Shown here in pieces: positions 27,901-38,600 of a DNA stretch of 64,000 bases; the stretch's first letter is position 1, and each line of letters begins with the position of its first letter. The notes below the pieces were generated by a model. The model worked only from the letters and a program-made list of their open reading frames with translations. It was not told where the DNA came from and made no database searches. The position numbers and the translations under genes are program-made. Where the stretch lies: contig JABWCH010000001.1 of the NCBI GenBank assembly GCA_013359215.1, positions 7,528 to 71,527 on the forward strand, read 5' to 3'. This DNA is from Candidatus Brocadiia bacterium (lineage in GTDB: Bacteria > Planctomycetota > Uabimicrobiia > Uabimicrobiales > JABWCH01).

Positions 27901-29380
27901 TCTCCTTAAAAAAATATAAAACTTTAGGACTATTTTTGATAAAGGGACCTTTTCTACTTGTTATAAAAGCATTTACATTACCTAAATTCCAGGTATCTGT
28001 ATGAATATCTAATAAATCATAAGAAATATTCTTTTCTATCCATGATTTTACATCTTCTTCTGTAGACAGGTTTGTTTCGCTAAAGACAGGAAGAATAGAA
28101 CTTTCTATTACAGGAATCACTATAATTTCTGGCAAGCCAACTTGAGCATCAATGCCATAAGGCAAATACTGGGATAAAAGAACATTCATTTCACGTGCCA
28201 GTTTATGGCTTTGCTCGATCCATTCCAATAACGTGGACTGCTTCTTGGACATTATATAAATCTGGACTTTTGGAGAGCCAGAGTTCGACAACGAAGGCTT
28301 TATCTGCAGCCATTCTATTTTAGAAGCGTAATGCTCGTATAGCAAATTTTTAATATCTATCTCAGAAATACAGGCACGATAGCTTTTTAACTTTCCTTGC
28401 ATTCTATGCAGAAACTCCTGGTTGCTTTCTTTTTTTTTCTCTCCTTCCAAGGAAGAAAGTGGAAATAGCTCAATGCTATCGGCACGAGAATATGCTTCCA
28501 GTATATCGTCTTTATTCATGCTATAATCAATATCTTGTGCTTTTAATAGAAAAGCATTCAAGTATACTGATAGTTCTGTTTTCAAATTTATAGATATATT
28601 TTGTGTTTTAGGAAGCAGCATTCTTAAAGTATAAAAATCTTCTTCTAGCTTCCATCCTGTAGGATAAGGTAAAGAAAAAAAATACACATTTCCTGAGTTT
28701 AACCAATAAAAATAAGTTTTTTCTGTTTCATATTCTGAAAATTCTGGCGGAGTAAGCCTAATTCCAACATCACTTAACGTACTCCAAGAATTCCCTGTCC
28801 GATATTGCCATTCTAGATTTTCTATATTTTGAAGATAGCCTAAAGGTGAAAATACAAGCGCAAAGGACAGCCTGGGCATATCATTGGGAGGAATTTTCCC
28901 TTTAAAATAGAATTGGATAGAGGATGCCTTCCATTGCTTTGGTTGCTCCAGAAAAAAAAGATTGTTTGTGCTTTTCTGAAAAGGAAAAGAATCCCTATCT
29001 GAGTGCAATGTAATTTTTGAAGTTTCTAAAGGATAGATTCTTGTGCCAGTGATAATGGAATAATGTTCTTCCTTGCTATTTTCTTCTTTTTTCTCGAATT
29101 TTTCCTTTGCTGAAAGCCTGGCCTGGATTTTGTTTGGACAATAAGCCAATAGCCATGGTGTTACAGAAAAAGCAGGCTTTTCGCCTAATTCTTCCCACAA
29201 TGATAGCAGATAGTTTTCAAATTTTTGATGGAATTCTATCTTCAATTCTGAGGCTAAAAGAGCAACAGCCTCGTTAATCATAGCTATGGTATCATCTGAT
29301 TCCCATAAACCTGATTTGCTTTGTAGCTTTTCTAAAAGTTCTTTGGCTATTTTTTTTTGTTCTTCATGAATTGGTTTCAT
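27869..29380 (-). CDS. Baseplate J / gp6 / TssF-like wedge protein (tentative)
   Basis: 503 aa immediately downstream of, and overlapping, the gp25-like gene (the conserved W-J order of P2-like baseplates). The N-terminal pattern DDTIAMINEAVALLASEL...LLSLWEELGEKPAFSVTPWLLAY resembles the Baseplate_J N-terminus. The assignment rests mostly on context. Confidence 0.45.
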   Translation of the reverse strand: MKPIHEEQKKIAKELLEKLQSKSGLWESDDTIAMINEAVALLASELKIEFHQKFENYLLSLWEELGEKPAFSVTPWLLAYCPNKIQARLSAKEKFEKKEENSKEEHYSIITGTRIYPLETSKITLHSDRDSFPFQKSTNNLFFLEQPKQWKASSIQFYFKGKIPPNDMPRLSFALVFSPLGYLQNIENLEWQYRTGNSWSTLSDVGIRLTPPEFSEYETEKTYFYWLNSGNVYFFSLPYPTGWKLEEDFYTLRMLLPKTQNISINLKTELSVYLNAFLLKAQDIDYSMNKDDILEAYSRADSIELFPLSSLEGEKKKESNQEFLHRMQGKLKSYRACISEIDIKNLLYEHYASKIEWLQIKPSLSNSGSPKVQIYIMSKKQSTLLEWIEQSHKLAREMNVLLSQYLPYGIDAQVGLPEIIVIPVIESSILPVFSETNLSTEEDVKSWIEKNISYDLLDIHTDTWNLGNVNAFITSRKGPFIKNSPKVLYFFKENESGDNRCHV

Positions 29381-29786
29381 TTTTTATCTCAGGATGAAAA
29401 ATAGGAAAACGATGTAATGCTATTGGTACTATAACCCAAATAGATTTGCTATTAGAAGAATCGGTTACAGAAAAAAGCATAGCAATCTCAACATAATGGA
29501 TATCTTTCTTGATTAGAGAAAATTTTAAACTTGCCAACTCTATTTGAATTTCCAGGTTATCCATTATCTCTGGTAAAATTTTATTTTTTAAAAATTTTTC
29601 AAATTTTTCTTCTGGATTACAGCATCCAGCAAACTGGCTGCGAAAGGGTGTTCCGTAATCTGGGGAAAGGTATCTTTCCCCAAGCTCGCAATTTAGGCGA
29701 TGAAAAATTTTTTGCTGGAAAATTTCCAGCTTGTCTGTTGTGGTTCGGATCTTATTTTTTGACTTTTCTAAAGGCCAGTAAATCAT
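29364..29786 (-). CDS. tssE: gp25/GPW-like baseplate wedge protein (TssE-like)
   Basis: 140 aa. The motif IFHRLNCELGERYLSPDYGTPFRSQF matches the GPW/gp25 signature (T..GER...P.fG). Confidence 0.65.
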   Translation of the reverse strand: MIYWPLEKSKNKIRTTTDKLEIFQQKIFHRLNCELGERYLSPDYGTPFRSQFAGCCNPEEKFEKFLKNKILPEIMDNLEIQIELASLKFSLIKKDIHYVEIAMLFSVTDSSNSKSIWVIVPIALHRFPIFHPEIKNETNS

Positions 29787-29797
29787 TTGGGTACCTG

Positions 29798-31591
29798 TTA
29801 TGTATTGGTTGCATCAAAATCTTCTAAGTGATGCTCCAAAGAAATATTAAAAGATTTAAAAACTTTCAATAACTGATATTTTATAGTTATATTGAGCTTA
29901 CCAGGTCTAGGGCTATCCAATATAACCTGAAAGTTCGTCATCAGCTTTTGATCTATCAATTGCTTAAAAACATCTTCTTCTAAAACTTTTTTGACAGATT
30001 CTTCTGAATCAATAGCCTTTCCCTGCCATTGTTGTCTCACATAAAATTGCACTAAATATTCCAGATTAGCGCGGATTCTTTCATAAAATAGCAATTCTCT
30101 ATCAGGGGAAGAGGATAAAGTACACATAGGCTCAATGATATATTGTTCTCTGGGATTAGGCCATGTGCTATCTTTAGAAATAGTATTGACTCCATTGCTA
30201 TGTAGCTTTTCTAAAAGATTGGTATTGATATACTTTTCTCCAAAAATTTCTTCTATATCTTCCAAAACACCTATGTTTTGTGGGTATTGACGATTTGCCA
30301 GGTTATAGCCTAATGCTGTCCTGGACATTATCGCCGCCATTCCAAAGGTAGGGCTTATAAATGTTTTAATCTTGTGATTTTTTTCTTTGCCTGCGCCTTG
30401 CAAAGAAACCTGGACAGGAGGAAATACAGTAGCCATACGAGCATGGTGTCTTTCTGCTCCTTTAAAGCTAATATTCCCCTTTGCCAGATTTTCCAGAAAA
30501 CTTTCAGGGTTTTTGTATCCTTGCGATGGGATCCTGATCATATCTGTAATAACAATATAAGAATGGTTCTTTTGTTCCAGCCATGCTTCTATAATTTGCG
30601 AAGAACTTTTATCGCATACAGCAGGAATGACCACAGTGCCAAACATTTCACCGCATTGTTCAATTCGTTTTAGGATTCTGGGCAAATCTTCTGATAGGTT
30701 TTCTGAATACCATAAATATGCTTTAGGTGTATGGCATTTGGCCTCACCTTTAGGATAAGCCATGGCAAAAAACATTTCCAGCCCAAGTCTCCATTGCAAA
30801 TAAGTCCCCAATTTATTCTCTACCTGCTCTGCTATATTCTCTAAAAAAGTGTCTACAGAGTTTAGCTTTGCTCTATATATTTCTTTAAGTTCACAAGCTG
30901 GCTTGACAAGAGCATATTCACCAAGCTCTTTCATATATTCCAGTAAATCTCTGTTTATTTTTATCTGTTCTTCTTCTACCGCAGCATATTGTAGTAAACG
31001 TTCTGGTATTATCTTGGTAGCAAAAGGATAGTAAGCACTACCAAGCTTTTCTGATAGATCATAGCTTAAGGGTTCTGTTGGGATTTCTTTCTGGGAATAT
31101 TCCTGACAACAGGCATCTAAAATTTTTTTAGTTTCCAATCTTTTTTCATCATAGTCTTTGCAAAAATTGTTTTTTTCAAAGTTTTCCAAAATTTTTGCTG
31201 TTTCTTCTTTGAGAGGAAGCAAAAGCTTGGTTACATCAGCACTTTCATAGACTTTTTCTCCATAAGAATCTTTAGACCTCATGTCCAGGTTTACTTTCAC
31301 TACTTCCGATTTAGCAATTGGCAAACTTTCGGGAGAAGGAAGCTCTAGCGTAGTACGGTAGCAAAGTGCTCCAGGCGTAAACTTTTGTCCATCTTTGTGT
31401 CCAAATAGTTTGTTAGCTACTATCCCTTTTTCTAATATATCCCTCACTTCATCGTTTATATGACTGGCTGGACAAAACTTTCCAATAAAATGCGTTGGCC
31501 CAGGCTTTAGCTGAAATTCTCCCAACACCCCGCCTATATGTTTTAACACGGCTTCTAATAAAGCTATACCAGGATAACTTCCCTCAGACAT
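29798..31591 (-). CDS. Single-chain phage-type contractile sheath protein
   Basis: ATG 31591 (MSEGSYPGIALLE) follows AGGAG; the track start 31615 overlaps the upstream gene. Sheath-like blocks: SYPGI..E at the N-terminus, VVIPAV...YIVITD, ARMATVFPPVQV, ISPTFGMAAIMSRTALGYNLANRQ, LHSNGVNTI, and a C-terminal LLFYERIRANLEYLVQFYV...LNITIKY. Confidence 0.65.
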   Translation of the reverse strand: MSEGSYPGIALLEAVLKHIGGVLGEFQLKPGPTHFIGKFCPASHINDEVRDILEKGIVANKLFGHKDGQKFTPGALCYRTTLELPSPESLPIAKSEVVKVNLDMRSKDSYGEKVYESADVTKLLLPLKEETAKILENFEKNNFCKDYDEKRLETKKILDACCQEYSQKEIPTEPLSYDLSEKLGSAYYPFATKIIPERLLQYAAVEEEQIKINRDLLEYMKELGEYALVKPACELKEIYRAKLNSVDTFLENIAEQVENKLGTYLQWRLGLEMFFAMAYPKGEAKCHTPKAYLWYSENLSEDLPRILKRIEQCGEMFGTVVIPAVCDKSSSQIIEAWLEQKNHSYIVITDMIRIPSQGYKNPESFLENLAKGNISFKGAERHHARMATVFPPVQVSLQGAGKEKNHKIKTFISPTFGMAAIMSRTALGYNLANRQYPQNIGVLEDIEEIFGEKYINTNLLEKLHSNGVNTISKDSTWPNPREQYIIEPMCTLSSSPDRELLFYERIRANLEYLVQFYVRQQWQGKAIDSEESVKKVLEEDVFKQLIDQKLMTNFQVILDSPRPGKLNITIKYQLLKVFKSFNISLEHHLEDFDATNT

Positions 31592-31601
31592 ATCTTTCTC
31601 C

Positions 31602-32237
31602 TTATATAACAACACAATGGCCTAAAATATCTTCGCCCAATACAAAATTTTTACTATAGTACATACATTGGCACTCCCACTGTATGTAGGCTGGCATTTC
31701 TTCTTGCAAAAAGCCATATAACCTTTGCATACATGGTTTATCAAAAACTTCTTGGAAAGCAAGACGATCTTTCAGAAATAAAAGAATTCTGCAAAAAACT
31801 GCCTCTTTTGGTTCGCCTAAAAGTGCTTCTCCTAATAAAGATTTACCTAGAATAAAATTTCCATGACAGCAATCAGAAATTTCTATTTGAACATCGGCTA
31901 AAAGATTCTTCCACAACAAAGACAACCAAAGAGAAATGCTTTTCAAATTTCCTCTTGATCTTAACAAATAAGGAAGCTGATTCAGGATATCATTAGGGCA
32001 AGCACTATACTCATCGCTTTTTATTATATTCGATGAAAAATGGAAACCAGTATACTCTAAAATTTCTATAAGCATTTTTTTTTCATTGATACAACCAATA
32101 TCAGGTAAAGATTGATCTAACGTATTGCTTAAAACATCAGAATATACTTCCAGCAATGCTGTTAGTAAGACATTTTGAGATACTGCATGAGTCCAGTATT
32201 CTGGCAAATAGTTTAAGAGCTTTTGTATATTGTCCAT
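31602..32237 (-). CDS. P2 gpI-like / phage-tail-domain baseplate protein (possible TssG analogue)
   Basis: 211 aa. LPYLLRSRGNLKSISLWLSLLW resembles the gpI motif (R.kGT..al). The repeated F(I/V)LG(K/E)(S/D)(L/I)LG endings are typical of eCIS/phage-tail baseplate proteins. Confidence 0.45.
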   Translation of the reverse strand: MDNIQKLLNYLPEYWTHAVSQNVLLTALLEVYSDVLSNTLDQSLPDIGCINEKKMLIEILEYTGFHFSSNIIKSDEYSACPNDILNQLPYLLRSRGNLKSISLWLSLLWKNLLADVQIEISDCCHGNFILGKSLLGEALLGEPKEAVFCRILLFLKDRLAFQEVFDKPCMQRLYGFLQEEMPAYIQWECQCMYYSKNFVLGEDILGHCVVI

Positions 32238-32255
32238 ATTTGAAAATACCTGGTT

Positions 32256-34259
32256 TTATAAACTTTTTTCTATCATCCATTGGAATAGAGGATAGACTCC
32301 ATAAGGTTCAATGGGTTTCTTAGGCACATAGTCTATGGAAGATTCTCCTGTCATCTCATCTCTATGTTCTTTTCTCTCTGTTTTTCCTAAAGCAGAAACG
32401 AAAAAAATTTCCACCTCAGCCCTGCTCCAAAGAATGCTAAGATGCATCTGCAATGTTGTAAGCATGATTTCTATGCTCCTAGCCCATTCCAGATTATAAC
32501 AGGGATGCTTATGATTCTTATACCTTGCAATCAACCTGTCTATCAGCTTTGGCATGGAATCATTCCAGACATAATGACCGTTAATAAGCTGATAGTAGAA
32601 CTGAGGAGACATATTCTTCCTATATAGGCATCTCATATTAGAAACATGATTGGAAAAACCAGGGATAGTATCGCTTTTGGTAATCAATAAGCAAAATCGT
32701 TTTTTGCCTTTCATTTTCATAAGCTCATCACTAATGCTTTGCAAGCTACCCAGTATATCTTCCTCTAAATTTCGTAGCCTTTTGGCATAATTTTGAATCT
32801 GTTTCTTGCTTTGAAAAGGAATCAAATCAGGGAAAACCTCCGCAGGAAGCAGAAATAAGATAATGTTTGTTTGGTTCAGAAGGTTGAAAAATTTTTGAGA
32901 CTCTTCCATTCTCTCATTTTTTTCTCTTAAAATAGAGATAATGCCAGGATAATCCTGTGTCCGTAATTCTATCTTTTTCTTCAAAAACCCCCATTTATAA
33001 GTAAGATCAAATTGTAGATCCATCCTATCGTCTGTTCCTGGAGCTTTTTGTAGTTTGCTTTGATCAATGCTATTGAAGCATCCTTGCAAATATGCCTTTA
33101 AATCTTCATTCTCGCTGATAGTATCAATTTCATAAATGTTCCCAAATTCTGGAGCGATATTGTGTTCCTGCAATGTTTCGTAGTGCGCTTTCCATGACGA
33201 TGCAACTGCCATCAAACTTGTTTTTCCTGATGCTGTATCTCCCACCAGCATAAAGAATGACTTTACGTTCCATATCAGGCATTCTTTCAAAAAATGCCAG
33301 ATGTTTTTACAGGACTTTCTGAGGAAAAAAGGAATATAAAATAAAAAGCGTTTCAAATTATAAAAAAATAAAGATATGTGTTTTTTCTTTTCAAAAAGGA
33401 CATTCTTCGCTGTTTTGGTTTCAAGAATATATAGTAATAAAGGGTCATAAAGATGCTTACCTCTGAGTGGAATTAAAATATTTTTTTCTGCAATGGCAAT
33501 CCCAAAATATTCTAAATATTTTTCCCTGCTATTGTTTGTATCAGGAATACTATTAGAGAAAAAAAACCATATCCAGGGATTTGTCAAACTACATTGGTCT
33601 ATGTGAATGCAGTTTTGCCAAAAGTGGTCTAGCAAATGCTCTGGGGATTGATCCACAAAGTATTCCTTCCAGAACGGCAGCAAAAATTGCCAGGCAATTT
33701 GTAGCCAGGTAGAGGCAAGCTCTATATATTCTTTGGATTTGCTTTGGAAATCCAGCTTAAAAAGCTCAGGCACCATGTAGCCCATAATGTAATTAGCTGG
33801 AGAATGTATACCGCCTGAAAATAAAAAATTCCAGTAATCTGAAGGGTTTTGGATTTCCAGACGATTTTGTTCTGGATGCAAAGTAATCCATTTTAAATAG
33901 GCAAGACCCCAATACAAAAAAAATATCTTATCTTTACCTTGTCCATCAGGAAGAGTTGAAAGTATTTTTTTTCTTGTTTCTTCTGTATATTCTGTATATT
34001 CTTTATCTTCTTCTTTAATTTTAACAACACCCAGGCTTAAACCCTGTGTAATAATCTTGTCGCTTATTTCTTCTTTTTCCGCTGCTTCTGTTTGATGATT
34101 CATGGTATCCATACCATGAAAAAAATCTATCCATTTTTTTCTATATTCTATAGAAGGAAAACCCTTTCTTGAATAGGGTGATTCTTTCCATAAATCTTGC
34201 CAATCCATAATAATTTTAGCATAGACAGACGCATGCCAGGACATCAAGATTCCTTTCAA
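32256..34259 (-). CDS. Fusion protein: N-terminal domain related to the 359/362-aa family + C-terminal TRAFAC-type GTPase domain
   Basis: G1 is MLVGDTASGKTS (residues 338-348, DNA about 33216-33248). G3 is QDYPG, G4 is ITKSD and G5 is FFVSALG. The C-terminal half aligns with the N-terminus of the 2343-aa ORF (see findings). Confidence 0.7.
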   Translation of the reverse strand: MKGILMSWHASVYAKIIMDWQDLWKESPYSRKGFPSIEYRKKWIDFFHGMDTMNHQTEAAEKEEISDKIITQGLSLGVVKIKEEDKEYTEYTEETRKKILSTLPDGQGKDKIFFLYWGLAYLKWITLHPEQNRLEIQNPSDYWNFLFSGGIHSPANYIMGYMVPELFKLDFQSKSKEYIELASTWLQIAWQFLLPFWKEYFVDQSPEHLLDHFWQNCIHIDQCSLTNPWIWFFFSNSIPDTNNSREKYLEYFGIAIAEKNILIPLRGKHLYDPLLLYILETKTAKNVLFEKKKHISLFFYNLKRFLFYIPFFLRKSCKNIWHFLKECLIWNVKSFFMLVGDTASGKTSLMAVASSWKAHYETLQEHNIAPEFGNIYEIDTISENEDLKAYLQGCFNSIDQSKLQKAPGTDDRMDLQFDLTYKWGFLKKKIELRTQDYPGIISILREKNERMEESQKFFNLLNQTNIILFLLPAEVFPDLIPFQSKKQIQNYAKRLRNLEEDILGSLQSISDELMKMKGKKRFCLLITKSDTIPGFSNHVSNMRCLYRKNMSPQFYYQLINGHYVWNDSMPKLIDRLIARYKNHKHPCYNLEWARSIEIMLTTLQMHLSILWSRAEVEIFFVSALGKTERKEHRDEMTGESSIDYVPKKPIEPYGVYPLFQWMIEKSL

Positions 34260-34262
34260 AAA

Positions 34263-35642
34263 CTATTTTATTTTTTTAGCTATTCGTATTTTTATGGGGA
34301 GCTTACTATCCAGATGATTTGCGGAATAAATTCCTAAAAAATTCGTTGGGCTTAAAAACGCGTTAATGTAAATATCTTCAGGAAGATTGCTGTCCTGCTT
34401 AAAGTCTTTAGGGTTCAAAGCACAACGCCCTCTAAGAATCAACAATTCATCTCCTGCAATCTTTTTTGTAAAGAAAATCATTTTTGTTTCTTTGAAATTT
34501 TTAAGAGGCAATAAAACCAAATGTTCTTTTTCCTCAAAAACCCCTTCAATGGAAAGGACATAGCGATTTTCTCCATAGGATTCAAAAAGACAGTCTTTAT
34601 CTGGCAGATATTCCCATAAGGTATGATCCGATAATTCTAAAATGGACTTTGTTGCTTTTTCTACGGTCTTGTGTTCTGATAAAGTTTTTTGCCATAAATC
34701 ATAAAATTCCTGAATTTTCTGTAAATACTCCCCTAAATTTTTAGAGATTAAAAAGGATAAATCCTTTTCCCACCCGGCAGGAAAAATTTTATAAAAAGAA
34801 TCCAGTCCAGTACCCTCTCTTTTTTTAGGATAGCAAAGTTCAGGCAATTCTGCGTTAAGACGGTGTATATAAAGTTCCATGCCTAGTCTTTTCATTTTGT
34901 TGATAAGCCAACGAAGCAAAAAAAGGGAAGAATGCTTCGTTGCTTCCTGGGAAATCGTCAGAATGTCTTCCTGGAAAGTATAGTATAGTATCTTTAAGTA
35001 GCTCGCTACACTAACATCTTCCAGCCTCTGATAGCTTTGATACCATATCTGGTATATCGAATTGTAAAGTTGCTGCCATTTTTCCAATACATTTTTGTGT
35101 CCTTCTATCTGTAAGCACGCTGGCAGATAGCTCCGATCTTCTCTCCATCCATAAGAAGTATAGTCTATTTTGCCAAGAATCAATTCATCCCGAATAGAAG
35201 AACCTAAAGCCATTTCCAAATCTATAGCCTGTAGACTATATGCAGGATGGCAGTATGGTATTTCATCATGAAAATTGTATAACTCTTCTTTTTTTTGATA
35301 TACCTTTTTTACGGAAATCAGCAAAGTTTCTCGATTTTTGTATTCTATTAAAGATAATGGCTGACACCATGAGCTCTCTGGAATTAGAAAGTATGTTCCA
35401 TTCTGGCTCATACCTGCTAAACAGCTATGAAGCTTCAACTCTAGCTTGCCATTGGATTCTTGTAAAGAATATTGGCAAGGAGTTTCATAAAAAGCCACAA
35501 GCCCATAATCTCCTTTTAAAAATATCTTAGCAATAAGTCTTTGATTCAATTCATAATACATCTCATATATATCAATATCCTCTTTCCTAAAAGGAACTCC
35601 ATTTTTTAAGCTTGGCAAAGAAGGAATTTCCATACAATACAC
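34263..35642 (-). CDS. tssK: TssK-like baseplate protein
   Basis: 459 aa, a typical TssK size. The N-terminal shoulder pattern is GVPFRKEDIDIYEMYY...GDYGLVAF...NGKLELKLHSCLAGMSQNGTYFLIP. The middle segment is WREDRSYLPACLQIEGHKNVLEKWQQLYNSI. Both parallel EAEC TssK as I recall it. Confidence 0.6.
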   Translation of the reverse strand: MYCMEIPSLPSLKNGVPFRKEDIDIYEMYYELNQRLIAKIFLKGDYGLVAFYETPCQYSLQESNGKLELKLHSCLAGMSQNGTYFLIPESSWCQPLSLIEYKNRETLLISVKKVYQKKEELYNFHDEIPYCHPAYSLQAIDLEMALGSSIRDELILGKIDYTSYGWREDRSYLPACLQIEGHKNVLEKWQQLYNSIYQIWYQSYQRLEDVSVASYLKILYYTFQEDILTISQEATKHSSLFLLRWLINKMKRLGMELYIHRLNAELPELCYPKKREGTGLDSFYKIFPAGWEKDLSFLISKNLGEYLQKIQEFYDLWQKTLSEHKTVEKATKSILELSDHTLWEYLPDKDCLFESYGENRYVLSIEGVFEEKEHLVLLPLKNFKETKMIFFTKKIAGDELLILRGRCALNPKDFKQDSNLPEDIYINAFLSPTNFLGIYSANHLDSKLPIKIRIAKKIK

Positions 35643-35649
35643 TCCTGAA

Positions 35650-38600
35650 CTAAATATTTTGTCTTTTCTTCCAATCCATAATGCAATTCATCAATCGCTG
35701 TTTTTCTTCTCCTAGCTTTGCAAACCATATATCTACATCTTGTTCTGAAATTTGCTTTTTAAGCAAATAGTAAGGAGTAGCCTGGAGTTTGTACCAAAGA
35801 TCCCTGCCTTCTTTTGTAAAAAGATTTGCAAAAGAAAAAGAATAAAATCGCTCCGACATTTCTTTCCAATCTGGCAGAGCAAGAGAATTTTCGTCAAAAT
35901 CTTTCTTACTATCGTCAAATAAAGAAAAATAAACTATGCCTCTTATCGTCGTATCATCAATGTCTATTTTTATCTTATTTTGATCTTGCTTTTGGAGAAA
36001 AATTTTTTCTCCTCCCATACAGAAAAAACCTGCCAGTGCATAGCGATCTGCAATATTATATTGAATCCCTATATCTGATTTTACTGGTTGCACAGCATAT
36101 ACAAGAAGCAGATTCTGCCACGTTTTTTTTTCCTCTAAAGAAAGATTGTGGATATTCCATAATCCTGTAAGCAAAGCAGGCCAATACGCTTCTTTTTTAT
36201 AATGCTCCATAGCATATCCTTTAAGTTGATAAAGCATACTCTCGCATTTACAAGGATGCAAGCATGCTATTTGATAAGGATAGGGGAAAAAATACCCCTG
36301 GTTTATCCAAAAAGAAACAGCATCAGCATATATGTTTTCAGGTTGCTCCATAGTATGAAATAGGCCCCCCAGTATCCAGGAAATATTGCTATGTTGCTTT
36401 CCATCAGAATACATCCCTAACAATACAGACAAAATGTCTTGAGAAAGATTTTCAGGCAATGCATGTTGCCAGAACATATAATAAAGATTCGATGAATTCT
36501 GTGGAAAATTTCCCAAAATAGATCGGGTCATCTGTGTTTTTTCTGAAATAATCCTCGCTACCTGCATTCTTTCTGGTGAATCTAATATAAATACCCAATA
36601 GGGAAATAAAGAAATATAAAGTTCCTGCATTTCTTGTGATCTTATAGGAATCTCTCTAGGAACGTTGTTAGCTATAATACGATATGTTGTTTTAGAAATA
36701 GCCAGCCTTTCCCACCAATTCATGGTTGGAATTGTTTTAGAAAGAAGTTGCCAGAGAATTCTTTTTTGGTCTAATTTTTTTAAAAGCGATTTGACTATAT
36801 TCCAGGACTCTGGAAGGGATTGGTACTGCAATAGCTTTTTAAAATAGACATATTTGCAGTCGTTTTCTTCCTTTTCCAGATAATACACCATAGCATCAAC
36901 AAGCTTTTCGATGTTCTTAATGCTATTGCTGATTTCATCAGGATAAGCATCCTCTAAAAGAAGGCGATTTAGCTTAACCAAACTCCTTCCTTTTAAATCT
37001 TTTTGTAATAAAAGTGCTTGTGTGTCCTCTGACAACTTTACTTGAGAAAACACATCTTCTTTATAAAAAGAAGTATCCAGGAGATGGTTCAATGCTTTTG
37101 TAATTTTATTCAAAAGATCCGAAGGCACAGCATCTTCTGTTTTATAAGAATTCAAAGGATTCTTCAATCCTTTAGAAAACCTATTTTTAATATAGAAAGA
37201 CACTGGGTCAATGGCATCTCTGAGCTTAACAATAAATTTGGCAGGTTCTTTAAAGTCCTGTATAGTTAAAAATGAGATGCCATCCTGTGTTGCCCATCTA
37301 AGAAGCAAAGACAAATCCCAATCTGGTTCATGAAAGCAGAATTCTACATCATCCAGCTTGTCTAGAAATTTTTGATCGCATAGCAATGTTTGATGAATGA
37401 TTTGCCCAAGATATGCATCTGGCTCTATATATTCTTGAAATAAGGGATATATATCCACAGGGCAGTAGATAAGAATATCTTTCAGCAAAATTTCTATTCG
37501 CCTATCAAGATGATGAAATTCCAGCCAATGTTTTATGAGAGATATTGCCTGCTCTTTCATTATTTCTTTTTGGTTGTTGACTTCTAAATCCAGAAAAGGA
37601 AAATCAGAACAAGATATAGCCAGAACTTTTTTCAACAATGAAGCTGTATTGTTTTCTTCCTGCTCTTGTAAGCGATGTCGAATTCCTAAAAAACTGGAAG
37701 ATTTTGAGAGCATTTTCTGGATTTCTCCTTGCAAAATTTCTTTGCGCATAGAAAAAGAAATACAAGGCAATCTTTCTAAATCTTGATTTTCTAATCCAGG
37801 ATATATTCCTTTGAATATTTTTAAAAAATTTTCATCCAAAGGATTTTCAACATGAGAAAAATCAGGCAACGGAATGGCTACTGCGTTTTCTTTTTCTTCT
37901 GTTACCGCTATCAAAGCATCTATAAATTCTTCTAACATTAGAGAAAGATAGAACTTGAGCTTCATTAAAAAAGAAGGCAAGTCTTTATAAGAAATCCCTT
38001 GCAAAGAATTCCAAAGCTCTCTTAAATCAGAGGGTGTCATATCTGCAAGAAAACGCAATTGCTCGACATATACATTTTGCCCTGCAACATAAGGAAAAAT
38101 TTCCAGTATTGTTCTTTTTTTGAGTTCAAGAGTAGAACCCTTTCTATACCATTCGCCCCAGGCTTTTATAGCTTTTTCTAAAGAAGAAAAAGAAAAATCC
38201 TTCCACATAGAAACCGTTGCATAGATAGAGATTGCTTTGTCTTTTGGATCAGGCCAATTCTGTAAAGAAGAATAAAACATTTCTAATGCACTGTCTGCTA
38301 TAAAGCTTGAGCAAGACTTTGCCTGGATTGTCTTTTGAAAAAAATCCAGATATAAAAGACACGTTTTCTCTAGCCAAAATGGCTGTTCCTCTGTACAAGA
38401 TTTTTTAGCGAGAGAAAAGGCCAGAGCAGGAGAAACCAACTCAGAAGTCCAGGCAAAATTTTCTCTCAGGCTTTGCCAGAACCATTTGCTCTCCCAAAAC
38501 CTTAAATAAGATTTCGACATACTTTGAAACAACGATGCCTGCCAGAAGCCATTCCATGCTACTTGGTTTCTAAAAGAAACAGCCCATTTATTTTGCTTCA

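Noticed and set aside
25592-35642. Tailocin or defective-prophage tail cluster as the explanation for the sheath/tube/baseplate genes
   Set aside because: A TssK-like gene, a fused gp27-gp5 VgrG, a PAAR-like protein and a VasX-like effector point to a secretion/injection system. There are no tape measure, tail fibre, holin/lysin or head genes in 40 kb.
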